Shown here: piece after piece, positions 41,531 through 51,167 of the stretch
How positions within the stretch are numbered: the first letter of the stretch is position 1
Layout: every line of letters starts with the position of its first letter
NCBI GenBank assembly: GCA_031409655.1
Contig: JANNXQ010000103.1
Coordinates: 1-60,500, forward strand
DNA: 60,500 nt
Reading direction: 5' to 3'
Source: Chthoniobacteraceae bacterium
Lineage (GTDB): Bacteria; Verrucomicrobiota; Verrucomicrobiia; Chthoniobacterales; Chthoniobacteraceae
Position numbers and translations under genes: made by a program
The notes under the pieces: generated by a model
Told to the model about the DNA's origin: nothing
Seen by the model: the letters and a program-made list of their open reading frames with translations, nothing else
The model's database searches: none

Positions 41531-43270
41531 TCACGCCTTCCCCGCTTCTTTCGCCCACGCGTCCTTGAGCGTGATGGTGCGATTGAAGACGAGCGCTCCG
41601 GGGCGCGAGTCCGGATCGAGACAGAAGTAGGCGAGCCGCTCAAATTGGAAGCGCTCCTCCGGCTTCGCTTCGGCGAGGGAGGGCTCGAGCTTGGCGGTCA
41701 CGACTTCGAGGGATCGATGGTTGAGATGCTTCCGGAAATCGCCGTCGGCTTCCGGCTCGGCGACGGTGAAGAGCCGATCGTAAAGCCGCACCTCGGCCTC
41801 GACCGCGTGCGCGGCGCTCACCCAGTGGATCGTGCCTTTCACTTTCCGGGCGGAGTTTGCGCCGCCAGACTTGGACTCGAAATCCGCGGTGCAGCGCAGT
41901 TCGATCACGTGACCGGCGGCATCTTTGACGATCTCGTCGCACTTGATGATGAAGGCGTATTTGAGCCGCACTTCGCCGCCGGGCTTGAGCCGGAAATATT
42001 TCGGCGGCGGCACTTCCGCAAAGTCTTCCTGCTCGATCCAGACTTCGCGGCTGAAGGGCACTGGGCGGGTGCCGGAGTTTTCGTCGGCAGGATTGTTCGT
42101 CGCCGTGAGTTGTTCGGTCTGTCCTTCGGGGTAGTTGGTGATCGTGACTTTGATCGGTCGCAGCACCGCGAGCCGGCGCTGCGCGGAGGTATTCAGTTCA
42201 TCGCGGACCACATGCTCGAAGACCGCAGCATCCGTGAGGCTGATGAACTTGGTGACGCCGACGCCGATGGCGAAGCGCCGCAACGCGGCCGCAGTGATGC
42301 CGCGCCGGCGCATGCCGCTGATCGTGGGCAGGCGCGGATCGTCCCACCCGGAGACGATCTTCTCGGTCACGAAGGTGAGGAGCTTGCGCTTTGAGACCAC
42401 GACGTGACTCGGGATGAGCTTCGCAAATTCATACTGACGCGGGCGCGGCTGCGGCACCGGAAGATTGTCGAGGATCCAATCGTAAAGTGGGCGATGCACC
42501 TCAAACTCCAGCGTGCAGACGGAGTGGGTGATGCCTTCGATGGCATCGCTCAGGCAGTGCGCGTAGTCGTAGAGCGGATAAATGCACCACGCGTCGCCGG
42601 TGTGATGATGCGCGACGTGCCGGATGCGATAGAGCAGCGGATCGCGCAGCCACACGTTCGGCGCATCCGCTTCGATCTTTGCGCGCAGCGTGCGGGCGCC
42701 ATCGGGAAACTCGCCCGACTTCATCCGCGCAAAGAGGTCGCGATTTTCCGCCACGCTGCGCTCGCGAAAGGGCGATGGCTTGCCCTCGATCCGCAGGGCA
42801 TCGGTCTCCTCCGGCGTGAGGTCGCAAACGAAGGCCTTGCCGGCATCGATGAGCATCACCGCGTAATCATGGAGCTGCTGAAAGTAGTCGCTGGCGTAGA
42901 AAGGCTCGATGCCTTCGCCGAGCGCGACGCGCTGTGCGGTCGTATCTCCGATGCGTTTTACGCGCAGCACCTGATCTGCCCAGCCAGCGATCAGCCAGCG
43001 CACATCGGCGATGATGGCGTCCACGTATTCCACCTCCTCCTTGGCCGGATTCGTGTCGTCCATGCGCAGATGGCAGACGCCGCCAAACTCCCGCGCGATG
43101 CCGAAGTTCAGGCAGATGGATTTCGCGTGGCCGATGTGCAGGTAGCCATTCGGCTCGGGCGGAAAGCGGGTGACGATCTGCGGATACTTCCCCTCCGCGA
43201 CATGCGCCGCGACGATGTCGCGGATGAAATCGGAAGGCGCAGGTGCGGCGGTGGGATCAGGGGTGCTCAT
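41531..43270 (-). CDS. glnS: Glutamine--tRNA ligase
   Basis: TRFPPEPNGYLHIGHAKS, CTLEFE, GWDDPRLPT, KGTIHWVS, FQFER. Confidence 0.97.
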   Translation of the reverse strand: MSTPDPTAAPAPSDFIRDIVAAHVAEGKYPQIVTRFPPEPNGYLHIGHAKSICLNFGIAREFGGVCHLRMDDTNPAKEEVEYVDAIIADVRWLIAGWADQVLRVKRIGDTTAQRVALGEGIEPFYASDYFQQLHDYAVMLIDAGKAFVCDLTPEETDALRIEGKPSPFRERSVAENRDLFARMKSGEFPDGARTLRAKIEADAPNVWLRDPLLYRIRHVAHHHTGDAWCIYPLYDYAHCLSDAIEGITHSVCTLEFEVHRPLYDWILDNLPVPQPRPRQYEFAKLIPSHVVVSKRKLLTFVTEKIVSGWDDPRLPTISGMRRRGITAAALRRFAIGVGVTKFISLTDAAVFEHVVRDELNTSAQRRLAVLRPIKVTITNYPEGQTEQLTATNNPADENSGTRPVPFSREVWIEQEDFAEVPPPKYFRLKPGGEVRLKYAFIIKCDEIVKDAAGHVIELRCTADFESKSGGANSARKVKGTIHWVSAAHAVEAEVRLYDRLFTVAEPEADGDFRKHLNHRSLEVVTAKLEPSLAEAKPEERFQFERLAYFCLDPDSRPGALVFNRTITLKDAWAKEAGKA

Positions 43271-43351
43271 GGTTTGGCAGGGGGCGAAGTTGATAGGAAT
43301 GAACGCGGGGGAAGTCGAGCGGCGTTCCGGTGGAGGGGTGGGCGGTGCTTC

Positions 43352-43466
43352 GTTTGGTGTTTGAAGTCTAGCGTTTGAAGTTTGGTGTTCTGGCTGCAGC
43401 GTCCATCGGCGCGGTCCGGAGCGTTTTCGTGACGCTGGGTTAAACGCCAAACACTAAACGCCAAAC
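43352..43466. repeat. Inverted pair of heptamer arrays (GTTTGAA/GTTTGGC ... AAACGCC)
   Basis: gtttggtgtttgaagtctagcgtttgaagtttggtgtt ... taaacgccaaacactaaacgccaaac. Confidence 0.8.
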
Positions 43467-43480
43467 GTGGTTGCTTGCCG

Positions 43481-44671
43481 TCACAACGCCGTGAGTGCGG
43501 TGGCCAGATGCTCGTAGTCTTCGAGGGAGTTGTAGGCTTGCGTGGAGATGCGGAACCAGCGGCGCGGCGGGGTGCCCCAGCGGATGAAAGGGACCTCGAC
43601 GTGATGTTCGCGGAAGAGGCGCGTTTGGTCTGGGTCGAAGCGTTCGATGACGGCGCTCGAAGTCCCGCCGCCCGTCTGGAAGCGCGCGGGCAAGGGGAGG
43701 GTGACCATGGATCCGAGCATGGTCTCGGGACACGGCGCTTCGAGGGCGAGCTGTTCGCAAAGCATGCGGCGCGCAGTTACGGCGAGGTCGTGGTTGTGCT
43801 GCATGAGTTCGTCGAGGCCACCGGGGAAAAGCGATGCGCACCAGCGGATGGCGTCGCCCGCGCAGAGCCATGCCGTGACGTCGCCAGTGCCTTGCCAATC
43901 GAAGCGGTCGTGAAAGGCGCTGCGTCCAATGCGGCGCGTATTGTAGCCGTGACTGATGACCGCGGGCTGAATGGCTTCCTGTCTATTTGCGCGCACGTAG
44001 AGGAAGCCCGTGCCGCGTGGGGCGCAGATCCATTTGTGCAGATTGCCCGTGTAGTAGGCGGCGCCGAGTGCGGGCACATCGAGCGGCAACATGCCGGGCG
44101 CGTGTGCGCCATCGACGAGGGACTCGACGCCGCGCACGGTGAGTTCGCGGACGATTTCCGCGATCGGCAGGATGAGCGCCGTGGGGCTGGTGACGTGATC
44201 GAGCAGGGCAAGACGGGTGCGTGGCGTCACGCAGGCGAGTATTGCGGCGACGGCTTCTTCCGGGCTGGCGATGGGGAAGGGGATCGGTGCCACGACGGCA
44301 CGCGCTCCGCTGCGGCGCGCGACTTCGACGAGGACGTTGCGGCACGCATTGTAAGCGTGATCGGTCGTGAGCAACTCATCGCCCGGCGCGAAGTCGAGCG
44401 AGCGGAGCACGGCGTTCACCGCGCTGGTCGCGTTGGGCACGAAGGCGATCGTTTCCTCCGGAGCCTGCACGAGCCGTGCGACCTCGGCGCGTGCGGCATC
44501 AAGCGGGCCTTCGAGATCGCGCCAGAGGAAGGCGACGGGTTCGCGTTCCATCTGTGCGCGCAGTTCGCTCTGCCGCTCGACGATGGCGTGCGGACAGGCT
44601 CCGAAGGAACCGTGATTCAGGAAGGTGACTTCGGGATCGAGCGGCCAAAGTTGGAAGAGCGCGCTGGGCAT
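43481..44671 (-). CDS. Class V PLP-dependent enzyme (isopenicillin N epimerase/EgtE-like)
   Basis: FLNHGSFGACP, VDGAHAPG, GNLHKW.CAP, WQGTGD. Confidence 0.9.
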   Translation of the reverse strand: MPSALFQLWPLDPEVTFLNHGSFGACPHAIVERQSELRAQMEREPVAFLWRDLEGPLDAARAEVARLVQAPEETIAFVPNATSAVNAVLRSLDFAPGDELLTTDHAYNACRNVLVEVARRSGARAVVAPIPFPIASPEEAVAAILACVTPRTRLALLDHVTSPTALILPIAEIVRELTVRGVESLVDGAHAPGMLPLDVPALGAAYYTGNLHKWICAPRGTGFLYVRANRQEAIQPAVISHGYNTRRIGRSAFHDRFDWQGTGDVTAWLCAGDAIRWCASLFPGGLDELMQHNHDLAVTARRMLCEQLALEAPCPETMLGSMVTLPLPARFQTGGGTSSAVIERFDPDQTRLFREHHVEVPFIRWGTPPRRWFRISTQAYNSLEDYEHLATALTAL

Positions 44672-44768
44672 CGACTATGTAGGAGTGGCGTCTCGGCGCA
44701 GGGCAAGCCGCGTGTCGCGCGTTTTGTCGCAGACCTAAGTGACCGCCGTGGCCTAGGATCTCCGCTTC

Positions 44769-45908
44769 ATGCATCCATCGCTCCGCATCCTCCTGGCTTT
44801 CCTCGCCGTCTCGGTCTCCGCCTCTGCTCGCGAATGGCGGGTCGCCTCCGCCGCGGAATTTGCGGCGGTCGCGGCTCAGCCGGGCGACTCAATCGTGTGG
44901 GCGACGGGCCGCTACACGAATGTGACGATGCGGATGAAAATGCAGGGCACCGAGGCGGCGCCGATCACCGTGCGCGCGGAGAAGACAGGCACCGTGATCT
45001 TCACCGGCGCCAGCCAGCTCGAAGCGCGCGGCGCGTGGCTCGTGATCGAAGGGCTGACCTTTGAGGCCACGACCATCGACCCGATCATGCTCAAGGACGC
45101 GGAGCATTGCCGCGTCACGGCCTGCACCGTGCGTGCCTGCAATCCGCCAGGCGTGCGCCTTCACTATCTCCGACTCGGAGGCAGCCGCAGCGCGGACAAT
45201 CGTGTGGACCACTGCACCTTTGAGGACAAGCGCACCGATGGCGTGATGCTGGTGGTCGATGGCGATGAAGGGAAACTCACGCTCCGCACGCGGATCGATC
45301 ACAACAGCTTCCGCGGCGTCGTTAAAGCGGTGCGCAATGGGATGGAAGCGATCCGGGTGGGCGACTCCAGCTTTCAGCACATCGACGCGCACACCATCGT
45401 GGAGGAGAACCGCTTTGAAGACTGTCGTGGCGATGCCGAGGTGGTCTCGGTGAAATCCAGCGCGAACACGATTCGGGGCAACGTCTTTGCCGGATGCGAC
45501 GGCGCGGCGATCGTCCTGCGGCACGGCGATCGCAATGTCGTCGAAGGTAATCGCATCGACGGGCAGGGGCGTGAAAGGTCAGGCGGGATCCGGATCCACG
45601 GCGCGGGCCACGTCGTGCGCGGAAATGTGATCGAGCGCACCGGCGCTTTCGCCATCGCGCTGCCGGCGGGTAACTCGAAAATCAAAGAGACCGGCCACGC
45701 GCCCGTCCGGGATGCGCTCATCGAAGGGAACATGATCACGAATCCCAAGGGCGCGGTCTTCGTCCTCGGTGAAATGCATGACGACAAGAAGAAGCAGGAT
45801 ACCGCACCGACGGGCGTCGTCTTTCAAAGGAATACCGTGGAAGGCGCGGGTGCGCAGACGGTCGTGAGGGAATTCCTGAAGATGGAAGGCGGCGTGAAGT
45901 GGGAGTAG
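44769..45908 (+). CDS. Polysaccharide lyase family 6 (chondroitinase B/alginate lyase-like)
   Basis: AQPGDSIV..GRY, NRVDHC, NGMEAIRVG, EVVSVKSSAN, LRHG. Confidence 0.85.
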   Translation: MHPSLRILLAFLAVSVSASAREWRVASAAEFAAVAAQPGDSIVWATGRYTNVTMRMKMQGTEAAPITVRAEKTGTVIFTGASQLEARGAWLVIEGLTFEATTIDPIMLKDAEHCRVTACTVRACNPPGVRLHYLRLGGSRSADNRVDHCTFEDKRTDGVMLVVDGDEGKLTLRTRIDHNSFRGVVKAVRNGMEAIRVGDSSFQHIDAHTIVEENRFEDCRGDAEVVSVKSSANTIRGNVFAGCDGAAIVLRHGDRNVVEGNRIDGQGRERSGGIRIHGAGHVVRGNVIERTGAFAIALPAGNSKIKETGHAPVRDALIEGNMITNPKGAVFVLGEMHDDKKKQDTAPTGVVFQRNTVEGAGAQTVVREFLKMEGGVKWE

Positions 45909-45930
45909 CAGCGGTGGTTGGTGAGCCGTC

Positions 45931-46053
45931 GTTTGGCGTTTGAAGTTTAGCGTTTGAAGTTTGGCGTTTTCCCCATCGCGAAAATCTCTCGTCGTGCTCG
46001 AAGTGGTGGTGCCTCCGCTGGGCTGGGATCAACGCCAAATTTCAAACGCTAAC
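45931..46053. repeat. Inverted pair of heptamer arrays (GTTTGGC/GTTTGAA ... AACGCCA)
   Basis: gtttggcgtttgaagtttagcgtttgaagtttggcgttt ... aacgccaaatttcaaacgctaac. Confidence 0.8.
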
Positions 46054-46080
46054 CGAGGACACCCCCCTGCTGCTGCTCCG

Positions 46081-46746
46081 CTACCGCGCCATCGTCGAGA
46101 CTGCCGCCATCGCTGCGGACCGCCCGCGCAAGTCCGCGACTTTCTCCGCTGGCAGGGTCGCGACGGCTTGCACATAGAAGATCTCGCACGCGCCCTTCCC
46201 GGTGTCGCCGCGCTGCCGCGAAGTATTCCACGCGTAGCCATCGGGTCCGGCGACATCCACGAGCATCCCGCGCAGCAGCACCACTTCGCCCTTGCGCAGG
46301 TTCTTGATCGCCTTCTTTACCGAGGCGCTGGCGGAGATGACGTGATTGTTCGCGGCGCTCCGCATGATCTGGTCTGGAGGGATCGGCGGTACGTTTTCCC
46401 AGCGGTAGAAAAAGAAGCGATTGCCCAAGGAGAAACCGAGTTGATCGAGCACTGCCTGGTCCGACATGGGCCCCCAGCCGAGCGCGACATCCACCGGCGC
46501 GAGATGGCTCGGCGGCCCGTCCCAGTAGCGTTTCGTGCCAAGCACGCGGGCGCAAACCGTGTAGCTCGCGACGCCCGTGAGCCGGAATCCCTCGATCTCC
46601 GGAAGCGGAGTCGGGGTGCTCTCCTGCTGCATGGGCTCCATCGGAATGAGCACGCCGGGTTCGTGGCGGAGTGGGCGCGAATTCCAAAAGGAAGTGCCCA
46701 TCCAGGCGACTGCGGCGAGGAGAACGAGGCGGAAGAGATGGCGCAC
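46081..46746 (-). CDS. Conserved hypothetical membrane-anchored protein
   Basis: N-terminal TM; APVDVALGWGPMSD, ANNH, TS..RGDTG.GACEI. Confidence 0.75.
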   Translation of the reverse strand: MRHLFRLVLLAAVAWMGTSFWNSRPLRHEPGVLIPMEPMQQESTPTPLPEIEGFRLTGVASYTVCARVLGTKRYWDGPPSHLAPVDVALGWGPMSDQAVLDQLGFSLGNRFFFYRWENVPPIPPDQIMRSAANNHVISASASVKKAIKNLRKGEVVLLRGMLVDVAGPDGYAWNTSRQRGDTGKGACEIFYVQAVATLPAEKVADLRGRSAAMAAVSTMAR

Positions 46747-46775
46747 CCGTGGCTCTGGAGCACCGGCGGTGCCAC

Positions 46776-46904
46776 CCGGGAGCGCCGCCGTCCCGTGCGG
46801 CCATCCAAAGCAAAGTGCGCAGCGCCTGAATCTTCGGCGGGTGGGAGAGCAGTGGCGCTGCGCGCGAACCGTGGGACTGCCGCACGGGACGGCGGCGCTC
46901 CCGG
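46776..46904. repeat. REP-like inverted repeat
   Basis: Perfect 26-bp arms CCGGGAGCGCCGCCGTCCCGTGCGGC / GCCGCACGGGACGGCGGCGCTCCCGG. Confidence 0.85.
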
Positions 46905-46906
46905 CG

Positions 46907-49423
46907 TCACTCCGCGCGTGGATGGAGGGCGAAGGCGCTGGCGTTGACTTCGAGTTTCAGGCCCGAGAGTTCCGCGACGTAGTTGAGGACATCCACGACT
47001 GAGACGTTCGTCAGATTCAGGGTGATCTTCACGTCCCCACTCGTCTTCGATGGCATCACGAGGATGTTCACGGACTTCTTTTGCGGATCGAGATCGCGAC
47101 TCTTGGCCCGGAGAAAATCCACGCACTCCGTGACCGTCGCGTCTTTGAACTCCACGCTGGGCAGGACGATGCTGCGGGCCCGCTTGAGCAGCGCGGCCTC
47201 GGGCGTTCCGGCGGCTGGTTCCGCAAGGGCTGCCTGTCCTTCTACTGGTTGGAGCAGGATCGCGTCAGGCGTGGTGCCGATCTTGAGATTGGCGAGCCCG
47301 GTGAGGTACTTCAGCGCTTCGGAAAGCGGGATATCCTCCAGGCTCAGCGACAGCTTGGTGGTGTCGCCCTCGGGCAGCTTCAGCACGATGTTCACGCCGG
47401 TCTTTTCCGGATCGAGGGCGCGGCTTTTCGCCGTGAGGAAGGTGACGGCCTCCGTCACGGTGGCGTCCACGAATTCGATCTTCGGGAGGATGATCTTCTC
47501 CGCTTTCTCCATTGCCGAGAGCTTTGCTGGCGCGGGCGTCGCTTTCTTCGGCTGCACTTCGGCGTTCTGCGCGAGGATGGTCGCGTTCGCAGTTTCCACC
47601 TTTACGTCGTCGCTCGCGGTGACGGCGCCGGTGGCCTTGCCCACGGTGATGGTGTCTGCGGTGATCGTGACCGCGCTCGCCTCGACCTGCGGCTTCAGGA
47701 CTTCCGCGCTCGCGAGCACGAAGAGCCGGCGCTTCGGAGCCGCAGCCCCTTCTGCCGCTCCGAGTTCGAGGAGCACGGATTGGCCGGGCCACACGGTGAC
47801 TTCGGTGTTCATCTTGTGCGTGGAGAAGACTGCCTCTCCGCGATGACCTGCGGGCAGCGATTTCCCGGAGCCTGCCGTGATGGTGGGATCCGCGAGCGGC
47901 TTGGCAGGGTCGGGCACGGATGTCATCGGCTTTCCTGGCGCATCGAGATCGCGAAAGCCCATGAACTCGACGACCTTGGGCTCGAGCATCAGGGCTAGGG
48001 AGCCTTCTTTCTTCACGTCGGCCAGAATTCCGAAGGTGACGCCAACGTATTTCGTCTCGTAGGCCTTCGGCTCCAATCCACCGGTCTTTGGGTCCTTCTT
48101 CCAATCCGTCGGGTAGCGGAACTCGCGCTCGATCTCGATGGTGGCGTGCTGCCCCGACCTCGTGGTCACGCTCGGCGCTGAGAGAAGATCGACGCCTTTG
48201 GTGGGACGCAAAGCTTTCAGAAGGGTGGCTTCCTGCTCTTTCGTGAAGACTCTCACTACCGTTGGGATTCCAGCCTTGTTGCTGGCGAAATCTTTCATCC
48301 CCGGCAGCGCTGAAAACGCATCTGAAGCATCCGATGCGATCTGGAAAAACTTGGTCTCCACCTTGATCTGCAGAACGTCCGCGTCGGCGCCCTCACTTTT
48401 CGGCTGCGCCTTTTTCTCCGCACCCTGAAGTTGCGCGATGCTGCAAAGAGTGAGCGTGAGCGCTGCGCCGAGGACACCGCACGTCATCGTCGTGCCGCTC
48501 AGCGTCCGCCGGTCGCGGTCCGCGTCCACGATGGCCCGCACTCGAGTCTCCAGCGTGGAAGGCTGTGCCATCGCGAGGGCATGGCGCGCGGTGAATCGCT
48601 CCGTGCCCAGCGCGCGCACCACGTCCACGAGTTGCGTGGCGTAATCTGCGGCACTCGCTCCGCTGCGCAGCACGAGATCGTCGCAGGACTGCTCCTGGGC
48701 CACGCGCATCGACCGCGCCGCCGCCCAGATCAGCGGATTCATCCAGTAAATGGCGCAGGCCAGATCGAGCAGCAGCCGGCTCAGACAATCGCGCCGGCAA
48801 ATGTGGCCGAACTCATGCCTCAGCGCCGCGGTCAACCGCGCCTCGCTCCAGTCCAGCGCCGCCGTAGGCAGCAGTACGATGGGCCGCCACACGCCCGCCG
48901 CCAGCGGCACGCGGCACTCCGTGGATTCGCGGATCTCCACACCCGCCGGCCAGTCCTCCACGAGCCCGAGCCAGCGCTCCGCCGCTATCGGATGGCTCCG
49001 TGCCGCCAGCCGCGCGAGCCGCCAGCGCACCCCGGCGCGATGCAGCAGCACGACGCCCATTCCCGCCAGCCAGGTGAGCATGCCCACCGCGGCCCAATTC
49101 ACCGTCACGGAAGTGCGCGCGCTCGGCGGCGCCACGTCAGTCGCTGCCGTGCTGATCGAGATCGGCGACGCGACGCGCGTCACGACCGCAGGTGCCGCAG
49201 ACACGCGCTGCGCATTCGGCGCCCAGACGTAGATCCATTGCGGATCGGCGAGCTTCGTGAGTGGCAGCAGCAGGAGGACGAGGAGCGCCGCGAGCCAGAT
49301 CATGTGGCGATTCGCCGCCGAAGCGCGCCGCCACACGGAGGCCGCGACACCGGCGAGCAACAGGATGGCCGCGCTCTTGAGAAAAAGATCGAGCAGCAGA
49401 GGAAAGGAGGATGCGAGAGTCAT
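46907..49423 (-). CDS. BlaR1/MecR1-type M56 peptidase with secretin-like, OstA-like and two secretin N-domain-like extracytoplasmic modules
   Basis: LRHEFGHICRRD, YWMNPLIW, QEQSCDD. Then DLLSAPSVTTRSGQHATIEIEREFRYP, ETKYVGVT, EPKVVEFMGF, VFSTHKMNTEV; two copies of ILP.IEF.DATVTE.V.FL..KSR.LDP. Confidence 0.9.
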   Translation of the reverse strand: MTLASSFPLLLDLFLKSAAILLLAGVAASVWRRASAANRHMIWLAALLVLLLLPLTKLADPQWIYVWAPNAQRVSAAPAVVTRVASPISISTAATDVAPPSARTSVTVNWAAVGMLTWLAGMGVVLLHRAGVRWRLARLAARSHPIAAERWLGLVEDWPAGVEIRESTECRVPLAAGVWRPIVLLPTAALDWSEARLTAALRHEFGHICRRDCLSRLLLDLACAIYWMNPLIWAAARSMRVAQEQSCDDLVLRSGASAADYATQLVDVVRALGTERFTARHALAMAQPSTLETRVRAIVDADRDRRTLSGTTMTCGVLGAALTLTLCSIAQLQGAEKKAQPKSEGADADVLQIKVETKFFQIASDASDAFSALPGMKDFASNKAGIPTVVRVFTKEQEATLLKALRPTKGVDLLSAPSVTTRSGQHATIEIEREFRYPTDWKKDPKTGGLEPKAYETKYVGVTFGILADVKKEGSLALMLEPKVVEFMGFRDLDAPGKPMTSVPDPAKPLADPTITAGSGKSLPAGHRGEAVFSTHKMNTEVTVWPGQSVLLELGAAEGAAAPKRRLFVLASAEVLKPQVEASAVTITADTITVGKATGAVTASDDVKVETANATILAQNAEVQPKKATPAPAKLSAMEKAEKIILPKIEFVDATVTEAVTFLTAKSRALDPEKTGVNIVLKLPEGDTTKLSLSLEDIPLSEALKYLTGLANLKIGTTPDAILLQPVEGQAALAEPAAGTPEAALLKRARSIVLPSVEFKDATVTECVDFLRAKSRDLDPQKKSVNILVMPSKTSGDVKITLNLTNVSVVDVLNYVAELSGLKLEVNASAFALHPRAE

Positions 49424-49438
49424 GGGGGTGCTTGAGGG

Positions 49439-49819
49439 TTACTTGGCTTTGGCTTTCTTGATGATGGCTTCGAGACGGATGAGTTCCTCGGGTGGCAGCG
49501 CGCCGTCCTTCGCATCCACGAGCGCGGCCACAGCACTCGCGAGTGAACCGTCGAAGAAAGTCTGCACCACGCGCTGGAGCGCCGAGCGGCTCGCCTTGTC
49601 GCGCGATTCGGTGGGGAGATACATGTAGCGCGGCCCATCTTCGCGGTGCCGCAGCACGCCCTTTTCCTCCAGGATGCGGAGCATCGCGCGCACCGCGGAA
49701 TAACTCGGCGGCTCCGGCAGCGCGGCGGTGACATCGGCGGCGGTGGCTTCGCCGCGGGCGAAGATCACATCCATGATCTGGCGTTCGCGGCGGCTGAGTT
49801 GGTGATGCTTCACGGGCAT
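49439..49819 (-). CDS. BlaI/MecI/CopY family repressor
   Basis: LSRRERQIMDV, SYSAVRAMLRILEEKG, FFDGS. Confidence 0.95.
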   Translation of the reverse strand: MPVKHHQLSRRERQIMDVIFARGEATAADVTAALPEPPSYSAVRAMLRILEEKGVLRHREDGPRYMYLPTESRDKASRSALQRVVQTFFDGSLASAVAALVDAKDGALPPEELIRLEAIIKKAKAK

Positions 49820-49820
49820 G

Positions 49821-49879
49821 TGCTAAGGAATTAGCATCCCCGGCGGAGGAGGCAAGAACTTTCTGCTAAAATATTAGCA
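49821..49879. promoter_or_regulatory. Two palindromic operators TGCTAA-N4-TTAGCA upstream of blaI
   Basis: tgctaaggaattagca (49821-49836) and tgctaaaatattagca (49864-49879). Confidence 0.8.
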
Positions 49880-49890
49880 TACGGGGTAAA

Positions 49891-50097
49891 TCCGGGGAGC
49901 ATACGCGTCTCGCGTGTTGGTTTCGGCGTCCCGCCGAAACGGACTTCCTGAGTCGCCCACTCCCGACAAAAGCTCCGCGCCCACCGGCCATGCTGGCTGG
50001 TCTTCATGGCGCGGAACTCTTGCCTAGTAGATCGCCAGACGAAGTTCGTCGCGGCGGGACGCCGCGACCCACACGCGGGACGCGTATGCTCCCCGGA
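49891..50097. repeat. REP/MITE-like element with long terminal inverted repeats
   Basis: TCCGGGGAGCATACGCGTCTCGCGTGT ... ACACGCGGGACGCGTATGCTCCCCGGA; a second copy of the arm is at 60386. Confidence 0.85.
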
Positions 50098-50155
50098 TCT
50101 CTGACCCGCGCGCGCTGCTTGTATCGCAGAGCGCCACCGCTACACATCTCGCCGC

Positions 50156-51103
50156 ATGAAACTCCTCCTCCCTGCCCTACTCTTTCTCCTCGTCACGCTG
50201 CCCGCCAGCGTCCGCGCCGCCGCCGAGCCCATCGCCCTCTGGCCCGGCACCGCGCCTGGAGAGAAAGGCGACATCGGCCCGGAGACTGATCAACCGCAGA
50301 AGCCCGACGGCGTGACGCGCCTCACCAATGTGACCAAGCCAACGATCACCCTTTTCCCCGCGCCTGCCAACAAAGCCACCGGCACCGCGGTGATCGTCTG
50401 CCCTGGCGGCGGTTACAACATTCTCGCCTGGAATAAAGAAGGCACCGAAATCTGCGAGTGGCTGAACTCCATCGGCGTCACCGGCGTGCTCTTGAAGTAT
50501 CGCGTGCCGAAACGCGCCGGCCTCGAAAAACACGCGCCGATGCTCCAGGACGCGCAGCGCGCCCTCGGCCTCGTGCGGCATCGGGCGAAGGAATTCGGCA
50601 TCAATCCAGAGCGCGTCGGCATCATGGGCTTCTCCGCCGGCGGCCATCTCTCCGCCGCCGCGAGTAACAACTTCACCGAGCGCACCTACCCGCCAGTGGA
50701 CGACGCGGACAAAGTGAGCTGTCGCCCGGACTTCGCGCTGCTCATTTACCCCGCGTATCTCACGGTCAAGAACGAGTCTGGCAAGGTCGCTCTCCAGGAC
50801 GACGCTCCGATTCGACTCACCTATCCCGCGGTCAAAAACGAGGGCGAAAAACTCGCGCCCGAGTTACCCGTCACCAAGGACACGCCACCGACCTTCCTCG
50901 TGATGACGCAAGACGACGGCGTGCGCGTCGAGTGCGCGCTCTTCTATTACCTCTCGCTAAAGAACGCGAAGGTGCCCGCCGAGATGCACCTCTACCCTAC
51001 CGGCGGTCACGGCTACGGCCTGCGACCCAGTGAACACGCCGTCTCCACCTGGCCCGCACGCGCCGCAGAGTGGATGAAAGTGCGCGGTCTGCTCGTGCGG
51101 TAA
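50156..51103 (+). CDS. Secreted alpha/beta hydrolase (esterase), paralog of 19411-20292
   Basis: VCPGGGY, GFSAGGH, RPDFALLIYP, TPPTFL, GHGYGL. Confidence 0.9.
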   Translation: MKLLLPALLFLLVTLPASVRAAAEPIALWPGTAPGEKGDIGPETDQPQKPDGVTRLTNVTKPTITLFPAPANKATGTAVIVCPGGGYNILAWNKEGTEICEWLNSIGVTGVLLKYRVPKRAGLEKHAPMLQDAQRALGLVRHRAKEFGINPERVGIMGFSAGGHLSAAASNNFTERTYPPVDDADKVSCRPDFALLIYPAYLTVKNESGKVALQDDAPIRLTYPAVKNEGEKLAPELPVTKDTPPTFLVMTQDDGVRVECALFYYLSLKNAKVPAEMHLYPTGGHGYGLRPSEHAVSTWPARAAEWMKVRGLLVR

Positions 51104-51167
51104 GCTCCGCTGCCCGCAGGCTTGGTGAACGGATGCGCGGTCGCGCTGTCTCATTGCGCACTTCACC

